From IMG/VR virus record IMGVR_UViG_3300046723_000260, positions 8,243-72,242 of that record: a DNA stretch of 64,000 bases; one strand, given 5' to 3'. A program made the translations under genes and the position numbers. The stretch comes from a virus. Each line of letters starts with the position of its first letter. Positions within the stretch are counted from its first letter, which is position 1. Positions 44,851-54,111 of this stretch are shown here, one piece after another. The notes beneath the pieces were generated by a model that ran no database searches, was not told the origin of the DNA, and worked only from the letters and a program-made list of their open reading frames with translations.

Positions 44851-47800
44851 TGGCATTGCCGACGACGATCACTGGAATCAGTACGGCGGCCGCTTGTGCG
44901 GGTCCATTTATTTCGAGCGGCGGGAATGTCTATTTCTTCGGCGTTGATGGAACGACCGCCACAACATTGCAGGCTTACAAAGCAACTGACCCGACGAGTT
45001 CGTTTTCCTCGATAGCGACGTGCGACGGATCGACCATCGTCACGACCAGCATCAACGTAATTAGTGCTTTTCAAGTCGGGGACACGATCCACATTTGCTT
45101 CGGGGGTCAGGCTTCTTCGACAACGGCCGGTTTTGGATATTGTGCTTTCGACATGTCATCCGACGCCTTCTCTGTTTCCACGCCGGAAGGCCCCGCTCAC
45201 AGCAGTTTGGACACAAGAACGTCAGGCGGAACTCTACAATTCGGAATATCCTGCATCGTCCGCTCCGGCGGCGAGGTTGTCGCCTTCTTCAGCGGTGCTC
45301 GCGTTGCCTCGATGGGCAACAGTTGGGCGCAGACTTACTACTCCCGGCGCACCGGAGTAAACACATGGTCTGCGAACACGCAGGTCAGTGCAGGCGGCGC
45401 AATAGACTTTACATTGCCGGAAGCGCTGTTGGGAGCATCTGATGAATTGCACTTTTGCTATGCGGCGAGCAGTGGAAATATATTCAGACAAAGGGCGCTA
45501 ACGTCTGGAAATTCGTTGCAAACTGAGGGAAGCGTCTCCTTGGCAGTAACCGAAACCCAAGGAAATTCCTACGACCAGTCTGGAACAAGAAAGGTCATCG
45601 TCGCTGCTGGGACAAGCACGACCTCGAATGTCTATTTTGACGGTGGGAACACACCGACGCTCAATACCTCCAACGGCGGCGATGGCACGTTCTCTATTCC
45701 TGAGAGGGTTTTTCATGATGGAACGACCGCATATTTGGTGGTGCGCCGGACGACCACGACCGGTCTTGCCATCATAAGCTCCACAGACGGCGGGGCAACT
45801 TGGTCTGCGATCACGAACATATTTAGCGCCAGCATCACTCAGGCAGACTCCAACCTGTCCATCGATGGCAACGTCTTCACTCGCGGTTCCTCTGTCGTCA
45901 TTCCCTATGTCGTCAATGACGGCGGCACGTTGAAGTACAACGAGTATTTGATCCGGTCGCTCGCCAGCCCGAGCGGCTGGAACGATCAATGGCCGCGCGC
46001 GCTTCCGATCGTCGCGAGAAACCGCCAGCGAGCCTCCGCGTTCCTTCGCGGCGACGACGGCATCTACAACGTGATGGCGCCGCCTCCCGCCGCGCCGCCG
46101 TTCGGGTACGATCCGCCGCCGGTCCATCACCGCAAGCCGTACAACCGCGCGGCCGCGGGCATGCGCGGCAGCGACGGCACCGACGCGCCGAAGATCAACT
46201 TCTTCGACCACGGATTCCCGGTGCAGCCGCCGCAGCCTCCCCGCCGGCCGCCGACTCGATCCGCCGCCGCGATCATGCCGAGCGTCAACGTCGACGCGGT
46301 CTTCCAGAGCTGGCGCAACGCCGGGTGGGAAGTGCAAGCGCCGCAACCTCCGCATCGCCGCCCGGAGCGCGGCGCCGCGATCTTGGAAGGAGACGACGGC
46401 ACCGAAGCCCCGTTCGTTCCGCCATTCTCGCCGCCGCCGCCGCTCGACATGCCGACCCAGCTCCGCGCGAGGCCGATCAGGCTCGTCGACAAGGCGCAGC
46501 AAGACCCGCAGGCCGCGTTCCAGAACTTCGTCGGCTTCGGCTTCGAGGTCGCGCCGCCCGTGGCGAAGGGCAAGCGCACGGTGACCGTCGACGACGCGTC
46601 GCTCGATCCGCAGAACGCGTTCCAGTTCTTCCGCGACGCCGGGTTCGTCGCGACCTTCCCGCAGCCGCCGCACCCGAGGCCTGAAAGGTTCGGCGCGATC
46701 GCCCGAGGCAGCGACGGCACCGAGGGGCGCTTCCAATTCTGGATCAACGACGGCTGGGAGATCGCCCCGCACCAGCCCGGCCATCCGCGGCGCGAGCGGG
46801 CCGGCGCGATCCTCGAAGGCGACGACGGGAACGAGGGCGTCTTCGCGCAGTTCGTCCCGCTCGGCTGGCCGGTCCAAGATCCGCAGCCCCGGCATCCGAG
46901 GCCGGAGCGCGCCGCCGCCGCGATGACCGGCGACGACGGGATCCAGGCGACGTTCACGCTGACCGCGGCTCAGCCCGTCCTCTTCGAGCCGACGTTGCCG
47001 ACGGTCAAGGCGCGGCCGAGGATCACGGCGGACGACGCGTCGCTCGATCCGCAGCAGCCCTACGCCGCGTTCTTCCCGCTCGGCTTCCAGGTCCAGGACT
47101 GGCAACCGCCGCATCCCCGTCCCGAGCGCGCCGCGGCGACGTTGGAGGGCGACGACGGAATCGAGGGGACGTTCGTCCTGACCGCGGCGCAGCCGACGCT
47201 GTTCGAGCCGGCGCTGCCGACGCTCCGCGCCCGCCCGAGGATCACCGTCGACGACGCCTCGGTCGACCCGCAGCAGCCGTTCGCGCAGTTCTTCGCGATG
47301 GGGTTCGAGCCGACGCAGTCGCAGCCGCTCCACCCGCGCCGCGAGAAGGCCGGGGCCGCGATGCGCGGCGACGACGGCTCGGCCGGCGTCTATCAGTTCT
47401 GGCGCAACTCCGGCTGGGAGGTTCAGCCTCCGCAGCCGCCCCATCCCCGGCCCGAGCGTTCGGGCGCGCTCGCCCGCGGCGAGGACGGCACCGAGGGCGT
47501 CCAGATCAACTTCGTCGCGCACGGCTGGCCGACTCAACACGTCCAGCCGCCTCACCCGCGCCCGGAGCGCGCTGCCGCGGTCATGCTCGGCGACGACGGC
47601 GACCAGGCGGTCTACCAGCCGACCTTCACGCCGGCGTGGTGGGAGGTCCAGACCCCGATGCTGCGGCGCCGCCCGCCGCTGACGGTGGACGACGCCTCGC
47701 TCGACCCTCTCAACGCGTTCCAGGCGTTCGCCGCGATGGGATTCGAGCCGGCGCTGCCGCTGGTCCGCGTCCGGCGCCGCGTGCTGTCGGACAGGTGGAC

Positions 47801-49238
47801 GTACGACCCGCTCCAGCCGTTCGCGCGGTTCTTCGACGCCGGCTTCTCGCCGACCTATCCGCAGCCGCCGCACCCTCGACCGGAGAGGGGAGCGGCGATC
47901 CTGGAGGGCGACGACGGCTCGGAGGGCACGTTCACGGCGTGGCGGAACGCCGGGTGGGAGGTGCAACCTCCTCAACCCCCGCACCCCCGCCGCGAGCGCG
48001 CGGGCTCGATCGCGCGGGGGCTCGACGGGACCGATTCGCCGTTCGCGCAGTTCGTCAACCACGGCTGGCCGATCCAGCCGCCGCAGCCTCCCCATCCGCG
48101 CCCGGAGCGCGCCGGCGCGTTGTTCGGGGGCGACCCTGGCAACGAGGCGGCCTTCGCGCAATTCTTCGCCCACGGCTTCCCCGTCCAGCCTGTGCAGCCT
48201 CCCCACCCTCGACCGGAGCGGGGCGGGGCGATCATGCGGGGGGACGACGGGACCCAGGCGATCTTCCAGTTCATCGTGACGCCGATCTCGGTGTTCGAGA
48301 CGACCCCGCCGCTGCTGCCGCGCCCGACCGGATGGCGGGCCGCGGCGCTGATGCGCGGAGACGACGGCACGCAGGCGACCTTCGCCCGGTTCTTCGACCA
48401 CGGCTGGGCGGTCCAGCACCCGCAGCCTCCGCACCCGCGGCGCGAGCGATGGGCCGGGCTGATCCAGGGCGACGTCGAGCCGCACTTCCGGTGGCTGCCG
48501 TGGCCGTACCTCGGGTTCGAGCCGACGCCGCCGCTCGCCGCGTTCCGGCGCCATCCGGGCGGGGCGATCGCGCAGGGCTCGTTCGTCGAGGCGGTCCTGG
48601 TGCAGGCCGCGGTCGCGTTCGGCTGGCAGATGGTCGACGCGCAGCTTCGCCGGCCGCCGACGCGGCGCGGCGCGGCGCTCCGGATCGACGACGTGATCTC
48701 GCGGCTCCTCGCGACGCCGACGCACGGCTGGCCGGTCCAGCCTTGGCAGCCGCCGCGGCCGAGGTGGTGGCGCGCGGGTTCGACCGCCGCGGGCGACCAG
48801 GGGACGCAGCGCCCGTTCGCGCTTTGGCGCAACGACGGATGGGAGGTCGCGCCGCCGATGCTGCGCCGGCCGCCGCGCCGCGAGCGGTTCGCCGTCCCCG
48901 ACGTCTTCAGCCCGGCGGTCGCGCCGCCGGCGTTCACCTGGCAAGGCGAGATGCCGTTCCAGCCGCCGCACCCGCGGCGCGCGCTCGACGACCGCTCGTG
49001 GGCCTGGCAGGGCTGGCTGATCCGGAGGCGCGCGCACGTCGCGAAGTGCCTCGCGTTCGACGAGGCGGTCTGGGAGTCCGAGCCGACGAGCGTGAGCGTC
49101 GCGAAGTGCTTTGCCTCTGACGCCGCGGCGTGGCAATCGGAGCCCGCGGCCGCCCGAGGCTTCGAGTCCATCTGCATCGACAGTGCGGTATGGTCGTGCC
49201 AAGCCTCCGATTCTGGACCGGAGCCAGACGACGCATGA
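44850..49238 (+). CDS. Large putative virion protein: low-GC beta-propeller-like N-terminus plus Pro-rich tandem repeats
   Basis: Asp-box SSTDGGATWS in the N-terminal ~370 aa; then roughly 25 repeats of GWEVQPPQPPHPRPER.GAI..GDDG.EG.F and FEP.LP..R.RP.ITVDDASLDPQ..F. Confidence 0.8.
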   Translation: MALPTTITGISTAAACAGPFISSGGNVYFFGVDGTTATTLQAYKATDPTSSFSSIATCDGSTIVTTSINVISAFQVGDTIHICFGGQASSTTAGFGYCAFDMSSDAFSVSTPEGPAHSSLDTRTSGGTLQFGISCIVRSGGEVVAFFSGARVASMGNSWAQTYYSRRTGVNTWSANTQVSAGGAIDFTLPEALLGASDELHFCYAASSGNIFRQRALTSGNSLQTEGSVSLAVTETQGNSYDQSGTRKVIVAAGTSTTSNVYFDGGNTPTLNTSNGGDGTFSIPERVFHDGTTAYLVVRRTTTTGLAIISSTDGGATWSAITNIFSASITQADSNLSIDGNVFTRGSSVVIPYVVNDGGTLKYNEYLIRSLASPSGWNDQWPRALPIVARNRQRASAFLRGDDGIYNVMAPPPAAPPFGYDPPPVHHRKPYNRAAAGMRGSDGTDAPKINFFDHGFPVQPPQPPRRPPTRSAAAIMPSVNVDAVFQSWRNAGWEVQAPQPPHRRPERGAAILEGDDGTEAPFVPPFSPPPPLDMPTQLRARPIRLVDKAQQDPQAAFQNFVGFGFEVAPPVAKGKRTVTVDDASLDPQNAFQFFRDAGFVATFPQPPHPRPERFGAIARGSDGTEGRFQFWINDGWEIAPHQPGHPRRERAGAILEGDDGNEGVFAQFVPLGWPVQDPQPRHPRPERAAAAMTGDDGIQATFTLTAAQPVLFEPTLPTVKARPRITADDASLDPQQPYAAFFPLGFQVQDWQPPHPRPERAAATLEGDDGIEGTFVLTAAQPTLFEPALPTLRARPRITVDDASVDPQQPFAQFFAMGFEPTQSQPLHPRREKAGAAMRGDDGSAGVYQFWRNSGWEVQPPQPPHPRPERSGALARGEDGTEGVQINFVAHGWPTQHVQPPHPRPERAAAVMLGDDGDQAVYQPTFTPAWWEVQTPMLRRRPPLTVDDASLDPLNAFQAFAAMGFEPALPLVRVRRRVLSDRWTYDPLQPFARFFDAGFSPTYPQPPHPRPERGAAILEGDDGSEGTFTAWRNAGWEVQPPQPPHPRRERAGSIARGLDGTDSPFAQFVNHGWPIQPPQPPHPRPERAGALFGGDPGNEAAFAQFFAHGFPVQPVQPPHPRPERGGAIMRGDDGTQAIFQFIVTPISVFETTPPLLPRPTGWRAAALMRGDDGTQATFARFFDHGWAVQHPQPPHPRRERWAGLIQGDVEPHFRWLPWPYLGFEPTPPLAAFRRHPGGAIAQGSFVEAVLVQAAVAFGWQMVDAQLRRPPTRRGAALRIDDVISRLLATPTHGWPVQPWQPPRPRWWRAGSTAAGDQGTQRPFALWRNDGWEVAPPMLRRPPRRERFAVPDVFSPAVAPPAFTWQGEMPFQPPHPRRALDDRSWAWQGWLIRRRAHVAKCLAFDEAVWESEPTSVSVAKCFASDAAAWQSEPAAARGFESICIDSAVWSCQASDSGPEPDDA

Positions 49239-49528
49239 ACACCTACCAGATCGACACCTCGATCAAGCTGCAGGGCATCTTCGTCGACGACGTCGGCCTG
49301 ACCGCCGACCCGACGACGATCGCGCTGTTCGTCCGGCCTCCCGCCGGCGCGGTGCGGACGTTCAACTTCCCGGCGGACGTCACGAAGGACCGCACCGGCG
49401 TCTACTCGATCGTCATCACGCCGGAGATCTCCGGGCAGTGGACTTACCAATGGCAGGGCGCCGGGGCGGTGGTCGCGACCTCGCCCGAGACGCCGTTCAA
49501 GATCGCGCCGACGACGCTGATCTCGTGA
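49235..49528 (+). CDS. Small Ig-like/beta-sandwich virion protein
   Basis: F.D..G..ADPT.I.L.V..P.G...KDRTGVY...G.WTY.W.G. Confidence 0.6.
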   Translation: MNTYQIDTSIKLQGIFVDDVGLTADPTTIALFVRPPAGAVRTFNFPADVTKDRTGVYSIVITPEISGQWTYQWQGAGAVVATSPETPFKIAPTTLIS

Positions 49529-49559
49529 CCGGCGAGGGAATCGGTGCTATCCATCGGCG

Positions 49560-49742
49560 ATGGGCCGGCTGAAATTCCTTCGGCGGTGGTTGCGGAGCGG
49601 GGTTTGCTACTCGCTCGTCGCCGCGCCGTGGCTCGCCGCCCCGATCGAGCGGTTCGCGCCCGGCGTCTATCCGTTCGGCCGCGAGCCCGTCCCGACCGAC
49701 GAGGATCGCAAGCGCAGGCAGCGCGGCGCGGCGCGAACATGA
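49560..49742 (+). CDS. Hypothetical protein
   Basis: ATGA overlap with the protease start. Confidence 0.35.
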   Translation: MGRLKFLRRWLRSGVCYSLVAAPWLAAPIERFAPGVYPFGREPVPTDEDRKRRQRGAART

Positions 49743-51952
49743 TCACGAACCCGAGCTCCGGACCTCCCGCCGGCCTCCGCAAGCTGGTCGACGACATGCG
49801 CCAGCGCGGCATCGCCGACGACATGACGCCGGAGGACTGGGCGGCGATGCGGCGCGGCTTCAGCCAGTGGATGAGCGAGGAGGAGCGCGAGGGGGAGGAG
49901 CACGGCGAGGACGCCGAGTTCAAGGAATCGGATCACCCGCGCGACAACACCGGAAAGTTCGGATCGGGCGGCGGCGGCAAGACGTCGAGCAAGGATCCTG
50001 CCAGGGAGGGCCGGATCGCCGCCGGCTTCAAGGGCGGCACGCCCGGCGAGCAGGGCGAGATCGCGGCGAAGACCGACGCGGCGGCGGTCGAGCATTCCAA
50101 GAAGGCCGGGCTGGCGATCATCAAGCGGATCAAGCGCGACTCGTTCCTCGGCAAGTACGCCAGCTCGGACGACGAGTACGGCAACGACCCGTTCACGGTC
50201 AGGAAGGACGGCTCGGTCGAGGTCTCGATGCGCGACGTCGGCCAGTGGGTCAACCCGCCCGGCAAGGAGCGCGAGGAGGACTACGACTGGAAGGTCCCGA
50301 CCAAGGAAACCGAGGCCAAGGTCAAGGCGGCGGTCGCGTCGATGGAGAAGGAGCTCGGCGTCAAGATCAGCGTGAGCGGCGGCGAGAAGAGCTACACGTA
50401 TTTCCGGATCTCCGCGCCGAAGGCCGGCGATGAGTCGGTGGCGACTGATTCGGCCCTTCGCCTCGCGCTCGACCGCGAATCGATCCGCGAGAAGTCGAAG
50501 GACGGGCACCTCCACGTCGCCCGCACGCCGATCTCGAAGGCGACCGTCAACCCGTACCGCGGCGCGGAGATTCCGAACTGCGAGGAGCTCGGCCTCGACC
50601 CCGAGGAGATCTACTACCTGCTGCGCGATCCGGACGAGCTGGCGAAGGCCGCGGCGAGCTTCAACGGCAAGCCTTTGCTGCGTAAACACGTGCCCGTCAG
50701 CGCCGAGGACCACGCCGCGCACGACACCATCGGCGCGGTGATGAACGACGCCGCGTTCGAGGATCCGTACCTCAAGGCGAGCCTCTCGGTTTGGCCGCAG
50801 GACGACATCGACGACATCGAGTCGGAGGCGAAGAAGGAGCTGTCGAGCGGCTACCACTACCGCGCCGAGATGACTCCCGGAAATTTCCGTGGTATGCGCT
50901 ACGACGGGGTGATGAGGGACATCGTTGGAAACCACGTCGCCCTGGTGAAAGATGGACGCGCCGGCCCGGACGTCGTGGTCGGTGACAGCATGGAGAGCCT
51001 CATGGCCAAGCCGACCCGTTTCGCCGCCCTCACCCTCGGCCTGGTCGCCGCCAACGTCGCACCGCTGATCGCCAAAGACTCGAAGATCGAGCTGCCGAAA
51101 GGCCTGTTCTCTTCGATCACCACCAAGAACTTCCAGACGAAAAGGACCGAGCTGCTCGGCGGCGTCCGCGCCGCGCTCGACGGCAAGCTCCGCAAGGGCC
51201 TCGCGCTCGACGCCAGCATGGAGCAGGTCGGCAAGGTGATGGACAACGTCGCCGGGCTGTTCGGCGAGAAGGGCGGCGACGAATCGGTCTCCGAGGAGCA
51301 GCACAACGCGATGGAGGCCGCGGCCCACGGCGAGAGCAACCTCGGCATCCCGAAGAGCGTCGGCGAGGAGTTCGAGAAGGCCGACAAGGGCAAGTCGTTC
51401 GACGCCGAGCCGTTGAAGAACTTCCTGCGCGAGAAGGGCATGGGCGAGGACGACATCAAGGCGGCGTTCGACATGCTGCCGAAGCCCGGCACGGACGCGT
51501 CCGAGGAGGAGCAGGCCGAGAAGACCGAGGAGGAGAAAAAGGCCGCGGTCAGCGAGGCCGTCGAGAAGGAGCGCAAAGCTATGGACGAGAAACTCAAGGG
51601 CATGGTCACGAAGACCGCGATGGACGAGGCGATCAAGGCCGCCGCGAAGACCACGCGCGAGACCGAGCGCGGCATCCGCGCCGCCCTGGACTTCGTCCGC
51701 CCCTACGTCGGCGAGCTCGCCTCGTCGCTGGCGCTCGACAGCGCCGACGACGTCTACCGCCACGCCGCGGTGGCGATGAAGATCGACGGCGCGAAGGACA
51801 TCCACCCGTCGGCGCTGCCGACGCTGATCAAGATGCTGCCGAAGCCCGGCGCGCGCCAGACCGAGCACACCTCGATCGCGCAGGACGAGGCGACGGTGAC
51901 CGACTTCGAGAAACGCTTCCCGAACGCCACCCGGATCCAGCCCGGCGCCTGA
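49739..51952 (+). CDS. Prohead protease/scaffold (DUF2213-type) with N-terminal HPRD-tagged extension
   Basis: R...DG.L.V...ISKA.VNPY.G.EIP...LR.PDEL...SFNGKPLL..H...KELSSGY...YDG.MRDI.GNHVALV..GRAG.DV.VGD; acidic scaffold C-terminus. Confidence 0.9.
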   Translation: MITNPSSGPPAGLRKLVDDMRQRGIADDMTPEDWAAMRRGFSQWMSEEEREGEEHGEDAEFKESDHPRDNTGKFGSGGGGKTSSKDPAREGRIAAGFKGGTPGEQGEIAAKTDAAAVEHSKKAGLAIIKRIKRDSFLGKYASSDDEYGNDPFTVRKDGSVEVSMRDVGQWVNPPGKEREEDYDWKVPTKETEAKVKAAVASMEKELGVKISVSGGEKSYTYFRISAPKAGDESVATDSALRLALDRESIREKSKDGHLHVARTPISKATVNPYRGAEIPNCEELGLDPEEIYYLLRDPDELAKAAASFNGKPLLRKHVPVSAEDHAAHDTIGAVMNDAAFEDPYLKASLSVWPQDDIDDIESEAKKELSSGYHYRAEMTPGNFRGMRYDGVMRDIVGNHVALVKDGRAGPDVVVGDSMESLMAKPTRFAALTLGLVAANVAPLIAKDSKIELPKGLFSSITTKNFQTKRTELLGGVRAALDGKLRKGLALDASMEQVGKVMDNVAGLFGEKGGDESVSEEQHNAMEAAAHGESNLGIPKSVGEEFEKADKGKSFDAEPLKNFLREKGMGEDDIKAAFDMLPKPGTDASEEEQAEKTEEEKKAAVSEAVEKERKAMDEKLKGMVTKTAMDEAIKAAAKTTRETERGIRAALDFVRPYVGELASSLALDSADDVYRHAAVAMKIDGAKDIHPSALPTLIKMLPKPGARQTEHTSIAQDEATVTDFEKRFPNATRIQPGA

Positions 51953-51998
51953 ACCGGCCTGAACGCGAACCCGTAAGACCTCTGAGGAGAGCCAAGAC

Positions 51999-52967
51999 AT
52001 GAGCGGCACCGGCGGCTTCCAAACGCAAGTCACTTCGCAGCCCGCACCGGCGGTCGCCGGCGACTTCGCCAGCCAGAACCCGTACTTCTCGTACGACGCG
52101 GGCGACGGCGGCCTCGTCGCGGGATCGGCCGGCGTCACGATCGGCCGCTTCGCGTGGGTCTACCCGCCGCTCGACAGCGACAACGCCCCGCAGGTCGCGC
52201 TCAACAGCGGCTGGGGTCCGGTCACGGGCTTCGTGCACCGCGAGCAGCAGGGCCTGATCACGAACTTCCTCGGCTTCGCCGGCATGGTGATCCCGAAGGG
52301 CTTCCAGATGACGCTGATGAACGGCGGCGACTTCTGGGTGGTCAACGACGGCTCGACGACGGCGCAGATGGGCCAGAAGGCGTTCGCGAACCTCAACACC
52401 GGCCAGGTCTCGTTCGGCACGGCGGGCTCGCCGCCGAGCAGCGCGACCGACTCCGGCGGCGCGGTGGTCAACACCACGCTGACCCTGGTCGGCGGCGTCG
52501 TCGACAACGTCCTGACCGTCGCCTCGGTCTCGGCCGGCGTCGTCTACCCGGGAGCGGTCCTGAGCTCGAACGCGGTCGGCGTCGTCCAGCCGTACGGCTC
52601 GGGCGGCACGACCGGCACCGGCGGCGCGGGCACCTACCTGCTCAGCATCGGCGAGCAGACCGTCGCGGCGGGCACCACGATCGGCGGCAACTACGGCGTC
52701 TACACCGTGGGAACCGCCACCGGCACGTTCACGGTCGGCATGCTGCTCACCGGCGGCACGACGCTGCCGACCGTCCCGCCCCCGGCCCTGACGGTCCTGA
52801 TCTCGGGCACCGGCGGCAACGGCTCGACGTTCGCGACCTCCGGCGGAGCCGTCGCGCAGACCTCCCACGCCCTCGTGGGCAGCTCCTCGGTCGAGACGAA
52901 ATGGTACGCGATGTCGCAAGGCATCGCGGGCGAGCTGATCAAGATCAGCGACCACCCGACCGGCTGA
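51999..52967 (+). CDS. Head decoration/minor capsid protein with inserted beta domain
   Basis: GFQTQV..QPAPAVAGDFASQNP...GVTIGRFAW...GFVHREQQGLI...GDFWV...ETKW...GELIKIS; between protease and MCP. Confidence 0.8.
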   Translation: MSGTGGFQTQVTSQPAPAVAGDFASQNPYFSYDAGDGGLVAGSAGVTIGRFAWVYPPLDSDNAPQVALNSGWGPVTGFVHREQQGLITNFLGFAGMVIPKGFQMTLMNGGDFWVVNDGSTTAQMGQKAFANLNTGQVSFGTAGSPPSSATDSGGAVVNTTLTLVGGVVDNVLTVASVSAGVVYPGAVLSSNAVGVVQPYGSGGTTGTGGAGTYLLSIGEQTVAAGTTIGGNYGVYTVGTATGTFTVGMLLTGGTTLPTVPPPALTVLISGTGGNGSTFATSGGAVAQTSHALVGSSSVETKWYAMSQGIAGELIKISDHPTG

Positions 52968-53016
52968 CCGGCGTAGGACAACTCGGCCCAGAGAACACAT
53001 CGCACAGGAGCCCACG

Positions 53017-54111
53017 ATGAACCTCCAAGAAGCCCGCGCCCAGTTCCAGGCCGACAAGCCGATGCTGGCGGCGCGCGGCGTCGTCCTTCCGGGCGTCGAC
53101 CGCTACCTCACGCCGGCGGAGAAGGCGGACTTCCGGATCGCGATGGACGCCATCCCGGGCCTCGCCACCGACCCGTCCTCGGCGATCCCGGCGATCCTGA
53201 CCACCGCGATCGACCCGCAGGTCATCCACGTGGTGTTCTCGCCGCTGGCCTTCGGCAAGATCCTCGGCGAGCAGAAGCGCGGCGACTGGCTCGAGGAAAC
53301 CCGGATGTTCCCGGTCGTCGAGATGACCGGCGAGGTGTCGAGCTACGGCGACTTCAACAACAACGGCCGCGCCGGCATCAACATGAACTGGCCGCAGTTC
53401 CAGTCGTACCTGTTCCAGACCTTCGTGCGCTACGGCGAGCGCGAGCTGGAGCGGGCCGGCCTCGGCAAGATCAACTACGTCAGCGAGCTCGACATCGCGG
53501 CGGCCTCGCTCCTCAACCGCTTCCAGAACCTGACCTACGCCTTCGGCGTCCAGACGCTGCAGAACTACGGGATCATCAACAACCCGTACCTGTCGGCGTA
53601 CCTGACGCCGGCGACCAAGGCGGCGGGCGGCACGGCCTGGTTCACCGCGGGCGGCTCGCCGAACGCGACGGCGAACGAGGTCTACAACGACGTCGTCGCG
53701 CTGTGGCAGCAGGTCATCGCGCAGACGCAGGGCGCGGTCGACATGAACCAGAAGGCGACGCTCGCGCTGTCGCCGCAGAGCGCGCTCGCGACCAAGTTCG
53801 CGAACTCGTTCGGCGTCTACGTCTCCGAGCTGCTGAAGACCGGCTTCCCGAACATGAAGGTCGAGCAGGCTCCGCAGTACGGCACGCAGACCGCGACCAA
53901 CCCGCAGGGCGCCTCGACCGCGGGCAACGTCGTGCAGCTCATCCTCGACGACGTCGACGGCCAGCAGGTCGCCTACGCCGCGTTCAACGAGAAGCTGCGC
54001 GCGCACAAGATCATCCCGGAGCCGTCGGCCTGGCAGCAGAAGAAGACCAGCGGCTCGTGGGGAACGATCACGCGGATGCCGGTCGGCATCTCGCAGATGA
54101 TCGGCATCTAG
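53017..54111 (+). CDS. Major capsid protein (DUF2184-type)
   Basis: IAMDA...T..DP.V...E.KRGDW...E.TG.VSSYGD...QSY.FQT...YGERE...N..Y.FGV..L.NYG..N.P...FNEKLRAH...QKKTSG.WG...P..I.QM.GI. Confidence 0.92.
   Translation: MNLQEARAQFQADKPMLAARGVVLPGVDRYLTPAEKADFRIAMDAIPGLATDPSSAIPAILTTAIDPQVIHVVFSPLAFGKILGEQKRGDWLEETRMFPVVEMTGEVSSYGDFNNNGRAGINMNWPQFQSYLFQTFVRYGERELERAGLGKINYVSELDIAAASLLNRFQNLTYAFGVQTLQNYGIINNPYLSAYLTPATKAAGGTAWFTAGGSPNATANEVYNDVVALWQQVIAQTQGAVDMNQKATLALSPQSALATKFANSFGVYVSELLKTGFPNMKVEQAPQYGTQTATNPQGASTAGNVVQLILDDVDGQQVAYAAFNEKLRAHKIIPEPSAWQQKKTSGSWGTITRMPVGISQMIGI

Noticed and set aside
45960-49000. Repeats as a CRISPR array or DGR template/variable repeats
   Set aside because: Repeats are degenerate at synonymous positions, in frame and lack unique spacers; no cas or reverse transcriptase gene is in the window
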